64,000 nt of DNA from Candidatus Magasanikiibacteriota bacterium. Its GTDB lineage: Bacteria; Patescibacteriota; Patescibacteriia; Magasanikbacterales; GWA2-37-8. Below are positions 52,835-61,031 of the stretch, in pieces (position 1 is the first letter of the stretch; each line of letters begins with the position of its first letter). The stretch spans positions 6,921 to 70,920 of the forward strand of contig JACPGS010000018.1 of the NCBI GenBank assembly GCA_016189025.1, read 5' to 3'. Position numbers and translations under genes: made by a program. The notes under the pieces were generated by a model. It was not told the origin of the DNA. It made no database searches and saw only the letters and a program-made list of their open reading frames with translations.

Positions 52835-54370
52835 ATGAATCAGCGACAGTTTAAGAAATATTTGGGCGAGGCAGAGGCGCTGCATAGTGAATTCGGGGTA
52901 ACACCGCTGACGATTACACTAATTCAGCACGGTTTTCATCATCCTTTGTTAAAGAAGTATTTGCGTGAATGGTATTTGCCGACGTCGGTAGTTGAATGTA
53001 TCGGCGATAAAATTAATTGGTTTATTAGTGCCGATTTTTTGCGTGCCCAGGAACATTTTGTCGTTGATACCATCAAAAGAGATCGTTCTCTGGTAAAAAC
53101 CGTCATCCGCGAGTCAAGACGACAAGGGAAGGCCATTGATTTAATTGTTCGTAAGATTGACACAGCGTCCAGCAAGGGAGTTACTGCTAAGCGAGCTGCC
53201 CTCTTATTGATCAAGTTATTTGCGGCCATGGAGCAGCTTTGTGCGTATGGTTTTATTGCAGTTTTAAGTGATTTATATTATTTTACTTTCACTCGCGAAC
53301 TAACTACGCTAATAGAACAATATGCCGCTTCGCAAGGATCAGCGCAACCCGTCAAAGAATACGTGAGCATCTTGATAACTCCTACTGTAAAGACCGTTAC
53401 CTGGAAATATAAGCAGGCCTTGTTTCAATTAGCACTGAAGATAGCAAGATTAGGGATAACCCGTCCCGCTAATCCGCCCAAATTAATTATCAGTAACAAA
53501 ATATTGTTAAAGCAAGCTCAACAAATCGTTCGTGAATTTTATGCCGTAAATTATGGTCATCGCGGTCCGGCACTGACTCTTAAAGCAATAATTTCTGAAG
53601 TCGCCGATCTCGTTAGCAAAAATAAAGTGCATCGCGCCTATCGCGCCTTTATATCCGAACATACCGCTATCCGAGCCAAACAATGTCGTTATATTCGCCG
53701 GTTAAAACTTAGCAAACAAGCGGTATATTTACTAGAAGCTGCCAAACAGTTTATCTATATTAAAGGATTTCGTTTAGAAAAACTTTATCAATCCTATGCC
53801 GCCATTGATCGGTTATTGTCTCAAGTGACTGATCATAAAATATCGTTAGATAATCTTAAACGTTGTTCTAAGTTTGAAGTACTGCGCTTCTTAAAAGATG
53901 GCAAGCTGCCGACAGCCCGCGAGTTAACCAGACGTACAAGACACTTGACGTATACGGCTTGGCAACATACCAAAGCCAAAATTCGCACTGGCGCCGCCGC
54001 TGGTCGTTATCTTCAGACTTTCGTCGCTAAAACCAAAGATAATAAAGTACGTTTTTCCGTTCACGGTAACATTGCCTGCGCGGGACGAGCGACCGGCACG
54101 GCAAAAATTGTCCAAAGCGGCAAAGATATGCAAAAAGTACGTGAGGGAGATATTTTAGTGGCGGTGCAAACTATTCCTGAATTGCTACCGGCGATGAAAA
54201 AAGCCGCTGCTTTTGTTACTGATATTGGAGGCATCACCTCCCACGCAGCAATCGTTAGTCGCGAAATGGGCAAGCCCTGTGTAATTGGCACGCGAGTGGC
54301 TACCCAGGTGTTTAAAGACGGAGATTTAGTGGAAGTAGATGCCATTAAAGGTATCGTGCAAAAGATATAG
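52835..54370 (+). CDS. PEP-utilising-enzyme swivel-domain protein, paralog 6 (AT-richer, most divergent)
   Basis: …GNIACAGRATGTAKIV…ILVAVQTIPELLPAMKKAAAFVTDIGGITSHAAIVSREMGKPCVIG…GDLVEVDA. Confidence 0.8.
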   Translation: MNQRQFKKYLGEAEALHSEFGVTPLTITLIQHGFHHPLLKKYLREWYLPTSVVECIGDKINWFISADFLRAQEHFVVDTIKRDRSLVKTVIRESRRQGKAIDLIVRKIDTASSKGVTAKRAALLLIKLFAAMEQLCAYGFIAVLSDLYYFTFTRELTTLIEQYAASQGSAQPVKEYVSILITPTVKTVTWKYKQALFQLALKIARLGITRPANPPKLIISNKILLKQAQQIVREFYAVNYGHRGPALTLKAIISEVADLVSKNKVHRAYRAFISEHTAIRAKQCRYIRRLKLSKQAVYLLEAAKQFIYIKGFRLEKLYQSYAAIDRLLSQVTDHKISLDNLKRCSKFEVLRFLKDGKLPTARELTRRTRHLTYTAWQHTKAKIRTGAAAGRYLQTFVAKTKDNKVRFSVHGNIACAGRATGTAKIVQSGKDMQKVREGDILVAVQTIPELLPAMKKAAAFVTDIGGITSHAAIVSREMGKPCVIGTRVATQVFKDGDLVEVDAIKGIVQKI

Positions 54371-54377
54371 ATTTTCT

Positions 54378-54998
54378 ATGATTGCCAAAAAAAATATTAA
54401 ATTCATTATCTTTGACGCCTACGGCGTCTGCCTTACCGGCGGGTATCCGGATACCTGCCGGTATCTGGCCAAAAAGTTTAACCGCGATTGGCAAGATATT
54501 TACGCTGTCCTTTATACCAAATATTTCAATCAGGCCGCTACTAAGCAAATCACCCAACAGGCGGCCTGGGCCAAGGCGCTTAAAGAGCTTAATTTTCCCT
54601 TAACAGTGGCCGCGGTTAAGCGGATTCATTATCGTCTGATGGGTTTGAATTGGCCGGTACTGAAAATTGTGCAAAAAATAAGCGAAAAAGTTCCTGTTCT
54701 GTTGTTAAGCAAAAATACGCGGAGCCAATTCAAAGACATTAATAATAAATTTCCCCGGTTGAGGCAAATTTTTGGCCAGCACATTATTAATACCTGGGAG
54801 TATAACCTGCCTAAAGCCAGCCCGGAAACGCTAGCGATGATTTTTAAGCGATATCATATTACCGACCCGGCCACGGTAGTGAGCATTGATGACCAAGACA
54901 ATAATTTAGTGGCGGCGCGGGAATTGGGCGTTAATGCTATTTTGTATAGAAATTTTGGTCAATTCAAGCGCGAGCTTGCTCGGCTGATTAACATTTAG
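54378..54998 (+). CDS. HAD-superfamily phosphatase
   Basis: Motif I IIFDAYGV and motif IV SIDDQDNN. Start placed at the internal ATG 54378. Confidence 0.65.
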   Translation: MIAKKNIKFIIFDAYGVCLTGGYPDTCRYLAKKFNRDWQDIYAVLYTKYFNQAATKQITQQAAWAKALKELNFPLTVAAVKRIHYRLMGLNWPVLKIVQKISEKVPVLLLSKNTRSQFKDINNKFPRLRQIFGQHIINTWEYNLPKASPETLAMIFKRYHITDPATVVSIDDQDNNLVAARELGVNAILYRNFGQFKRELARLINI

Positions 54999-55002
54999 AG
55001 CT

Positions 55003-56529
55003 ATGCGCCAGAAATATCATCAGGGTGCATGGTCGCTCTTGTCGCAGCGCCAGCGAATGAGCCCGTTTCCCAATTACTTGTCCATGGAAGCGGTGTGCCG
55101 CGAGATGAAGCAGTTCGTCGGTATCGCGTTGCGCGACGTTATTTTATTTTTCCAGGGCAATATCATGTTTGCTTTTCAGCCTTTGCTGTCGCACCAGCGC
55201 GCGGCGCGCTTGATTGCCGACCGCGTGCAAAAAAATCCGCGCCTGTATGCTGGTTTGATTAAAAAACAACATGGCTACGGAAAAAATTTAGTAAACTTTG
55301 CCCGGCAGGCGGCGCGCCAGACTAGGCGGGGCAAGGCTTCTCCCCAGCAATTATGCGATTGGTTTACCGGCTACGCCCAGCGATATAAATTAGTTTATGC
55401 CTCGTACGGGTCGGTTTGGACAATGGAAGACGAGCTAGTCGGAGATCTTTATGCGCTGGTGGAAAAGCGAATAAAAGATCCGCTTGAGGCCAGCAATATC
55501 TTAAATACGCTCACCAAACAGCCGCTGGCGATGGTGGTCACCCGCGAACGCCAGGCATTATTGAAAATGGCAATGAGCATTGCTTTACATCAGGAATGGC
55601 AGCAGGCGGTGAGGGCCGGCGAGTGGTCAGGGATTAAAAAGTATCAGCCGCTCCTCCGACTGATTACCGCGCACCAGAAAAAATTTTACTGGATCACCCG
55701 CGATTATGAAGATCCAATTTTGACTAATGAAAAAATTATTGAGCGGCTGCGGCAGGTATTGGCAGGTGATGTTGCCCAAGAATATCGTCAATTAACAGAT
55801 GCTTTAGCCAATGACCTCGCGGCGAGAAAGCGCTATGAAAAAGAACTACGGCTCACGGCGGCAGAACGCCAACTCTTTGCCGCGATGCGCGATGCCGCCC
55901 ATCTTAAAGAGCTGCGCAAACAATATGTTTCATCATCGCTTTATCATTTTGATTCAGTACTGGCCGAGATCGGGAAACATTTGTATTTAAGCATCAAGCA
56001 AGTGCGCTTTATGCATACCGCAGATGTCGCCGCGGCCCTGCTTAAAGGTCGGGATTTAACCCGGGCGCTTAACGAGCGGATGAAACTATCAATGTGGCAT
56101 ACGGTGGATGGCCGCGATACCAAAGTCAGTGTCGGCCCGGAGGCCGCGGCAATGTTTGCCCGGTTTTGTACGGTGGATAAGAATACCAGAGAATTTACCG
56201 GCATGCCGGTTTCCCCTGGGTTGGCGCGCGGCCCTGCTAGGTTGGTGATGAATCCGGACGAGTGCGACAAGGTTCAGAAAGGTGATATTATTGTGAGCAT
56301 TCAGGTGGTGCCGAGTTTTTCCACCGCTATTATCAAATCCGCCGGCATGGTCTGCGACGGCGGGCACGGCATCACTTCGCACCCGGCCACCCTGGCCCGC
56401 GAAGCCAAAATACCCTGCGTTATCCAAACCCGCTTTGCGCGGGAGGTAGTGAAAGATGGTGATATTCTGGAGGTAGATGGGTATCAGGGTGTGGTACGAA
56501 TTATTGACAAAAAGGATGCCGGGAGATGA
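55003..56529 (+). CDS. PEP-utilising-enzyme swivel-domain protein, paralog 7
   Basis: …GMPVSPGLARGPARLV…IIVSIQVVPSFSTAIIKSAGMVCDGGHGITSHPATLAREAKIPCVIQ…GDILEVDG is a variant His motif (SHPATLARE). Confidence 0.75.
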   Translation: MRQKYHQGAWSLLSQRQRMSPFPNYLSMEAVCREMKQFVGIALRDVILFFQGNIMFAFQPLLSHQRAARLIADRVQKNPRLYAGLIKKQHGYGKNLVNFARQAARQTRRGKASPQQLCDWFTGYAQRYKLVYASYGSVWTMEDELVGDLYALVEKRIKDPLEASNILNTLTKQPLAMVVTRERQALLKMAMSIALHQEWQQAVRAGEWSGIKKYQPLLRLITAHQKKFYWITRDYEDPILTNEKIIERLRQVLAGDVAQEYRQLTDALANDLAARKRYEKELRLTAAERQLFAAMRDAAHLKELRKQYVSSSLYHFDSVLAEIGKHLYLSIKQVRFMHTADVAAALLKGRDLTRALNERMKLSMWHTVDGRDTKVSVGPEAAAMFARFCTVDKNTREFTGMPVSPGLARGPARLVMNPDECDKVQKGDIIVSIQVVPSFSTAIIKSAGMVCDGGHGITSHPATLAREAKIPCVIQTRFAREVVKDGDILEVDGYQGVVRIIDKKDAGR

Positions 56530-56545
56530 TTAATTATTGTGAATT

Positions 56546-56580
56546 AAAAAATCCGTTTGCCTAGACAAACGGATTTTTTA
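56546..56580. terminator. Bidirectional rho-independent terminator
   Basis: aaaaaATCCGTTTGcctagaCAAACGGATtttttag. Confidence 0.6.
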
Positions 56581-56708
56581 GTCATCTCACAATTCTTCAG
56601 AGAATAATCGTAAGACGAACCGGGCGACGTGATGACAGTACATTGTCATCACGCCGCCCGAGCTCTGGGGATGAGTTGCCCCGGGCGGGGCAGAGGAGGG
56701 GAGGGGGG

Positions 56709-57389
56709 CTACTTGGTGGGGGTGGGGAAGGTTGCCGGCGGCGTGAACTTCTGGACGCTGATGACGTTGCCACCGTCATCCAGAAAGAACAGGAAGGCCT
56801 GGCACTCCTCCAGGCCGAGGAGCTCCGGCTTGGCGCCCACCTGCGCCGCGTACAGGCTGATCGCCGGCTCGTGGTCGAAGGTGATCACCAGTCTGCCCTC
56901 CGGGAATGCGTTGCGGACGAAGTCCGTGGCGTTCGCGAGCGCCCGGGCAACCGGCTGCGGGCCGAAGAGGCTGGGGTCGGCCGCGAGTCGCCGGAGCATG
57001 TCGCTGACCGACAGGCCCTCGGCCTTCCAGTGGGCGTGCAAGTTGGGGTGCTTGCTGCCCGCAGGAGCGGGCGCTTTCTTGACGCTCGCGTCGAGGTTGA
57101 GGCGCGAATCACGGACGATCTGCTCCGCGTTGGTCACGAGGAAAGTCGTGAGGAGCGACCGCGGGTACTCGCTGCACGCGTACATGCACTGGTGGCCGAA
57201 CTGGCGCATGAGCGACCCACCGATGAGTACCGCGTACTCATTGCGCACCGCGACGCACAGCGCGGCACCGCTGCTCGTCAGCGTCCGCGTCTCGTTCGGC
57301 CCGTCCTGGACCGAATGCGAGTGGCGGCCGCGCACCACGCAGCGAACCGCGTCTTCGGGGATCTGGATTTCGGAAGCCTTGGTCGCCAT
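56709..57389 (-). CDS. Divergent histidine-phosphatase-superfamily (PGAM/SixA-like) protein in a G+C-rich segment with strong SD
   Basis: AAAGGAGGG lies 5 nt upstream of the ATG. VRGRHSHS…LTSSGAA resembles the RHGxx…LTxxG motif, and LVITFDHEPAISLYAA resembles the second His motif. The assignment is tentative. Confidence 0.4.
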   Translation of the reverse strand: MATKASEIQIPEDAVRCVVRGRHSHSVQDGPNETRTLTSSGAALCVAVRNEYAVLIGGSLMRQFGHQCMYACSEYPRSLLTTFLVTNAEQIVRDSRLNLDASVKKAPAPAGSKHPNLHAHWKAEGLSVSDMLRRLAADPSLFGPQPVARALANATDFVRNAFPEGRLVITFDHEPAISLYAAQVGAKPELLGLEECQAFLFFLDDGGNVISVQKFTPPATFPTPTK

Positions 57390-57634
57390 GGCGACCCTCC
57401 TTTTTTGTGGTTTCCCGGCCATTTGTGCCTGCTGCCGAATCATTTCGGTTCAGGTGTGCCTTGGCCAAAGGCGAATAGGTTCTCAAGAGAAATTACTATC
57501 TCCCCTGGGAACCTACCGCCTTTGACTTATGGTAGCCCTTGATTGTAAAAGTACTCATCCGTTATGACTCTAGGATAGCAGCGCGTTAAGCACTGCTTTT
57601 TCATCATCATAACGTCATATAATAGCACATTTTC

Positions 57635-57663
57635 TTGCTTTTGTCAAGAGGGTGTGCTATAGT
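57635..57663 (+). promoter_or_regulatory. Candidate promoter TTGCTT-17-TATAGT with TTGTCAAGAG in the spacer
   Basis: The spacer starts tTTGTCAAGAG, the same placement as at 59901 and 25734. Confidence 0.4.
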
Positions 57664-57727
57664 ATTTTGGCTAATTTCAGCAAAAATTTTATTCAATAAA
57701 ATGGCTTAAACTAGCCAAAATTTTTAT

Positions 57728-58600
57728 ATGCCTAGAGAATTATCAGCCGAACCACAACGGGAGCAAGAACGCCGGCCGGAAAATTTTATCACGGCCTATT
57801 ATATGCGCCACGGTGAAAGTTCATCTGATAAAAATGATCCGTTGCGCGGGTTAACCGATAAAGGGATAGAGCAGGTACGAAAGGCAGTAGAGCGGGTAGC
57901 GTCAGAAATTCCCGATAAGAATTCACAAATTCGGCTATATAGCAGTGGCAGCGAACGCACCCGGCAGCAGTGCATTGTGGCGGCTGCGGTGTTACGCGAT
58001 GCCAATTTTACCAATATCACGATTGATGCCAATTCTTTGCCCGAAAAGCGCGCCGAGTTAACCGGCAAGGGAGTGCGCTTCACCAAAATCCTTTCCGGCG
58101 ATGAATTAAAAGAAGCGCAGGCAGCGACGATTGCCCAGTTAGGTTTGCGCCAAGAGGGCCCCGGCATTGGCAAAAGAATCGCGGAACTCAAAGCGCCTAA
58201 AGAATATCCGACTAAACTTAGGGGGTTGGAGGCTGATACCGGGATTAGTGCGGTAGTCCATTGGCTAACGGATAAAGAAGTGCCGGCCGGAGCAGAATCG
58301 CGAGCGCAAAAAGCTGCCACGGTAGCTAAAGCAGTAGAGATTGCCAATCGCTGGGCAGAGCACATGCGCCGCGCTGCGGAAAAAGGCAAAGAAGTTAAGC
58401 CAATGGTGGCTTTAGCATTCGGTCATTCTTCGGCGCTCACTGCCTATGGCGCTGATGTTTTTGGCTGGCAAGGTGAAGAGTTGGCAGAGGTAGAAAACGC
58501 CGAAGGATTAAAAATAGATTTCTCTGGTATTGCCGACGAAACACCCCGTATTCAGCCATTCGGCGAGAAGATTGAGGCCAAGGTAAATCCTATCGGATAA
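57728..58600 (+). CDS. Histidine-phosphatase-superfamily protein (phosphoglycerate-mutase / SixA-like)
   Basis: FITAYYMRHGESSSDKNDPLRGLTDKGIEQ is the RHG catalytic motif, and VALAFGHSSALTAY is the second catalytic His. Confidence 0.8.
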   Translation: MPRELSAEPQREQERRPENFITAYYMRHGESSSDKNDPLRGLTDKGIEQVRKAVERVASEIPDKNSQIRLYSSGSERTRQQCIVAAAVLRDANFTNITIDANSLPEKRAELTGKGVRFTKILSGDELKEAQAATIAQLGLRQEGPGIGKRIAELKAPKEYPTKLRGLEADTGISAVVHWLTDKEVPAGAESRAQKAATVAKAVEIANRWAEHMRRAAEKGKEVKPMVALAFGHSSALTAYGADVFGWQGEELAEVENAEGLKIDFSGIADETPRIQPFGEKIEAKVNPIG

Positions 58601-58641
58601 TCAAAGAGATTGTATCCAAAAATTCCCTTGATATTTATAAA

Positions 58642-58672
58642 ACCCTGGACTTTTTGGTTCAGGGTCCTTTTT
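58642..58672 (+). terminator. Rho-independent terminator
   Basis: ACCCTGgactttttggttCAGGGTccttttt. Confidence 0.5.
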
Positions 58673-58705
58673 AATATCTCACTCGTGAGAAACTAAAGAG
58701 GGGTG

Positions 58706-58739
58706 CCGAGCGGGGGGAGATGAACTTCCCCCCGCTCGG
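58706..58739 (-). terminator. Hairpin terminator downstream of the minus-strand G+C-rich gene
   Basis: CCGAGCGGGGGGAgatgaacTTCCCCCCGCTCGG, a 13-bp perfect stem. Confidence 0.5.
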
Positions 58740-58756
58740 TAGATTGGGTGAGGTTG

Positions 58757-59662
58757 TTAGCGGGCGCCGTTGGTCGCGCCGGCGTCCGTGGCCCGACGGC
58801 CGTTGCCCTGACGCCTCCGGTTCGACGGGGTGATGCGCGGCGGGTTGGAGAACGACGTCGTGGCCGGCGCGGGCGTGGGCGTGGGCGTGGGCTCCTGCGG
58901 CGGCTCCGCCGGCGCTGCCTCCGGCGCGGGGACGACGGGCGCGGCGGCGGCGGGGATGCGCTCGTCATCGGGCGACGGGAGCGGATCACTGCTCGCGCGC
59001 ACCTCGGGCGGCGGGGTGGGCGGGGCGGTGGCGAACGGCTCGGTCGTCTCCGGCGCCTGGACCGCCGGCTCGGGGATCGCCTGGAAGGCGAGGTTGGGAT
59101 TGGCGATCGCCTCGGCGGGGCGGCTGGCCTCGGTCTCGGTCAGCATGACCACGAGCGGCGCGTCGAAGTGCGTCAGCCCGGGGAAGCCGAGCTTCAGCCG
59201 GTGGGCCGGCGCGATGACGACGAGCGCCTGGGCCCCGGCCTCGGCCGCCGACTTCACGGCCTCGCTGATGGCGGCGCGTACCGTCTGCTCGAGCTGTTTC
59301 CACACCTGCCCCAGCGCCCGCGCGTCGCTCGGCTCCAGGTAGGAGACGCGGCGCGCGTAGGCCTCGTTGAGCGAGCCGTCCTGCGCCAGCAGGTGCTGGA
59401 GCAGGTCGTTGCCGTACCGGTGGCAGGCGTTGAACCGCTGGTCGCCGGCCACGCCGTCGTGCTCCACCCAGATGGGGTGGAGCCCGCGGCCGAGGGCGGC
59501 GTTGACCGGCTCGCTCTCGGCGATGCCGGTCGGACCGGTCCAGCGCAGCTGGGCGATGCCCTGCTGGTCGCAGTGGTCGTAGATGCGGGCGCTCGCCGCC
59601 CGCAGGGTGGCGAAGTCGATGACTTCGCCGAGGAGGGGGAGGGGAACGAGGAAGAGTTTCAT
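58757..59662 (-). CDS. Hypothetical protein with Pro/Ala/Thr-rich low-complexity C-terminal tail; very G+C-rich
   Basis: The N-terminal ~170 aa have a normal composition and no recognised motif. The opposite-strand ORF is Arg/Gly junk. GGAGAT SD. Confidence 0.45.
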   Translation of the reverse strand: MKLFLVPLPLLGEVIDFATLRAASARIYDHCDQQGIAQLRWTGPTGIAESEPVNAALGRGLHPIWVEHDGVAGDQRFNACHRYGNDLLQHLLAQDGSLNEAYARRVSYLEPSDARALGQVWKQLEQTVRAAISEAVKSAAEAGAQALVVIAPAHRLKLGFPGLTHFDAPLVVMLTETEASRPAEAIANPNLAFQAIPEPAVQAPETTEPFATAPPTPPPEVRASSDPLPSPDDERIPAAAAPVVPAPEAAPAEPPQEPTPTPTPAPATTSFSNPPRITPSNRRRQGNGRRATDAGATNGAR

Positions 59663-59894
59663 TGGTATCTCCGCGCTTGGCCGTGGTATTGCTAGGTTCC
59701 TTCTCCGGCCGTTAAGAAGGTAGCTAGCCAGTGAAGATCTTCTTCACCGTTTAGCTACCTTCTTTAATCATTTTTTGGGGCGCTTTCGGAGTTAGGATGT
59801 CAAGGTACTCACCGGTTACGGCTGGCAGCCTAGCGCTTAAGTGGGGCGCCGGAATAGGCCGCACCGCCATAACTTTACAGCTTACCCCCTGCCT

Positions 59895-59922
59895 TTACTT
59901 TCGTCAAGAGCTTGAGTATAAT
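59895..59922 (+). promoter_or_regulatory. Candidate promoter TTTACT-16-TATAAT with tCGTCAAGAG in the spacer
   Basis: The GTCAAGAG octamer lies 3 nt after the -35 hexamer, identical to its placement at 57643. Confidence 0.4.
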
Positions 59923-59941
59923 GGCTTGTGCATAACTTAAT

Positions 59942-60955
59942 ATGTCGCATTTAAAATTTTTTCCCGATCTTACCAAAAAAGATGTGGCAATAGCCGGCGG
60001 CAAGGGCGCGTCGCTCGGCGAACTGACGCGAGCCGGAATTCCGGTGCCGCCCGGGTTTGTGGTGCTGGCGGCGGCTTGGGACAGATTTTTAGAAGAAACC
60101 GATCTTAATGCCGAAATTATGGCGCGACTCAAAGAGGTTAATCCGGCTGATACCAATTCAGTGGATCGGGCCAGCAATGTTTTGCGTGATGCGATTCATG
60201 ATCGGTCGCTGCCGGCTGATTTAGGCGAGGAGATTTTGGCGGCGTTTGACGAGTTAGGGAGTAAAAAGTCGGGGGCTCGGAATGACAGCGCGTGTTTGGT
60301 AGCGGTGCGATCGAGCGCGACCGCCGAGGACTCGGCAGTGGCGAGCTGGGCCGGTGAGCTGGAAACGTATTTGAACACCAGGCGGGAAAATGTTTTAGAG
60401 CGAGTGAAACTATGCTGGTCGTCGCTTTTTACCCCGCGCGCTATTTTTTATCGCCACGAAAAAAATCTGATTGATCATTATGTATCGGTCGCGGTAGTAG
60501 TGCAGCAAATGGTGCAATCAGAAATCTCCGGCATTGCTTTTACCGTGCATCCGGTAACCGAGGACCGGGACCAGATGATTATTGAAGCGGGATTTGGCCT
60601 CGGCGAAGCGATTGTCGGCGGCCAGATTACGCCGGACTCGTATGTAGTAAGCAAGAGCGAGATGAGTATTATTGATATTAATGTTAGTACCCAGACCAGA
60701 AAGTTAGTGAAAAAGGTAAAAGGGGGAAAGGGACAAACCGACGAGGAAAATAAGTCTAACGAATGGGTAGATTTGAGTGAAGCGGAAGGAGGCCGGCAAA
60801 AGTTAAGCGGCCAGCAGATTATTGAGCTGGCGGCGATTTGCCAGAGGATTGAAAAACATTACGGATTCCCCTGCGACATTGAGTGGGCGTATGAGGGGGG
60901 AAAATTCTACGTTACCCAAAGCCGGCCGATTACGACCTTAAAAATCCGCGGTTAA
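59942..60955 (+). CDS. Stand-alone PEP-synthase / pyruvate-phosphate-dikinase-type N-terminal ATP-binding (ATP-grasp) domain protein
   Basis: …DVAIAGGKGASLGELTRAGIPVPPGFVV…CLVAVRSSATAEDSAVASWAGELETYLN…SGIAFTVHPVT…QMIIEAGFGLGEAIVGG…GFPCDIEWAYEGGKFYVTQSRPIT matches PPDK_N motifs throughout. It ends without a His domain or a PEP-binding domain. Confidence 0.8.
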   Translation: MSHLKFFPDLTKKDVAIAGGKGASLGELTRAGIPVPPGFVVLAAAWDRFLEETDLNAEIMARLKEVNPADTNSVDRASNVLRDAIHDRSLPADLGEEILAAFDELGSKKSGARNDSACLVAVRSSATAEDSAVASWAGELETYLNTRRENVLERVKLCWSSLFTPRAIFYRHEKNLIDHYVSVAVVVQQMVQSEISGIAFTVHPVTEDRDQMIIEAGFGLGEAIVGGQITPDSYVVSKSEMSIIDINVSTQTRKLVKKVKGGKGQTDEENKSNEWVDLSEAEGGRQKLSGQQIIELAAICQRIEKHYGFPCDIEWAYEGGKFYVTQSRPITTLKIRG

Positions 60956-61031
60956 CAGCAATTGACACGTTGGTAATCAGTATTGTATTATTGAATAGTC
61001 GGGGAGGCTTAATTATTTAATTTTTTGCGGT

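Noticed and set aside
56629-57542. Plus-strand ORFs 56629..57525 and 56643..57542
   Set aside because: They are opposite the minus-strand gene that has a strong SD and histidine-phosphatase-like motifs. The plus-strand products are Arg/Gly-rich nonsense.
58748-59695. Plus-strand ORF 58748..59695 (315 aa, RGRGRG-rich)
   Set aside because: It is a shadow of the minus-strand gene 58757..59662. Its composition is incompatible with a real protein.
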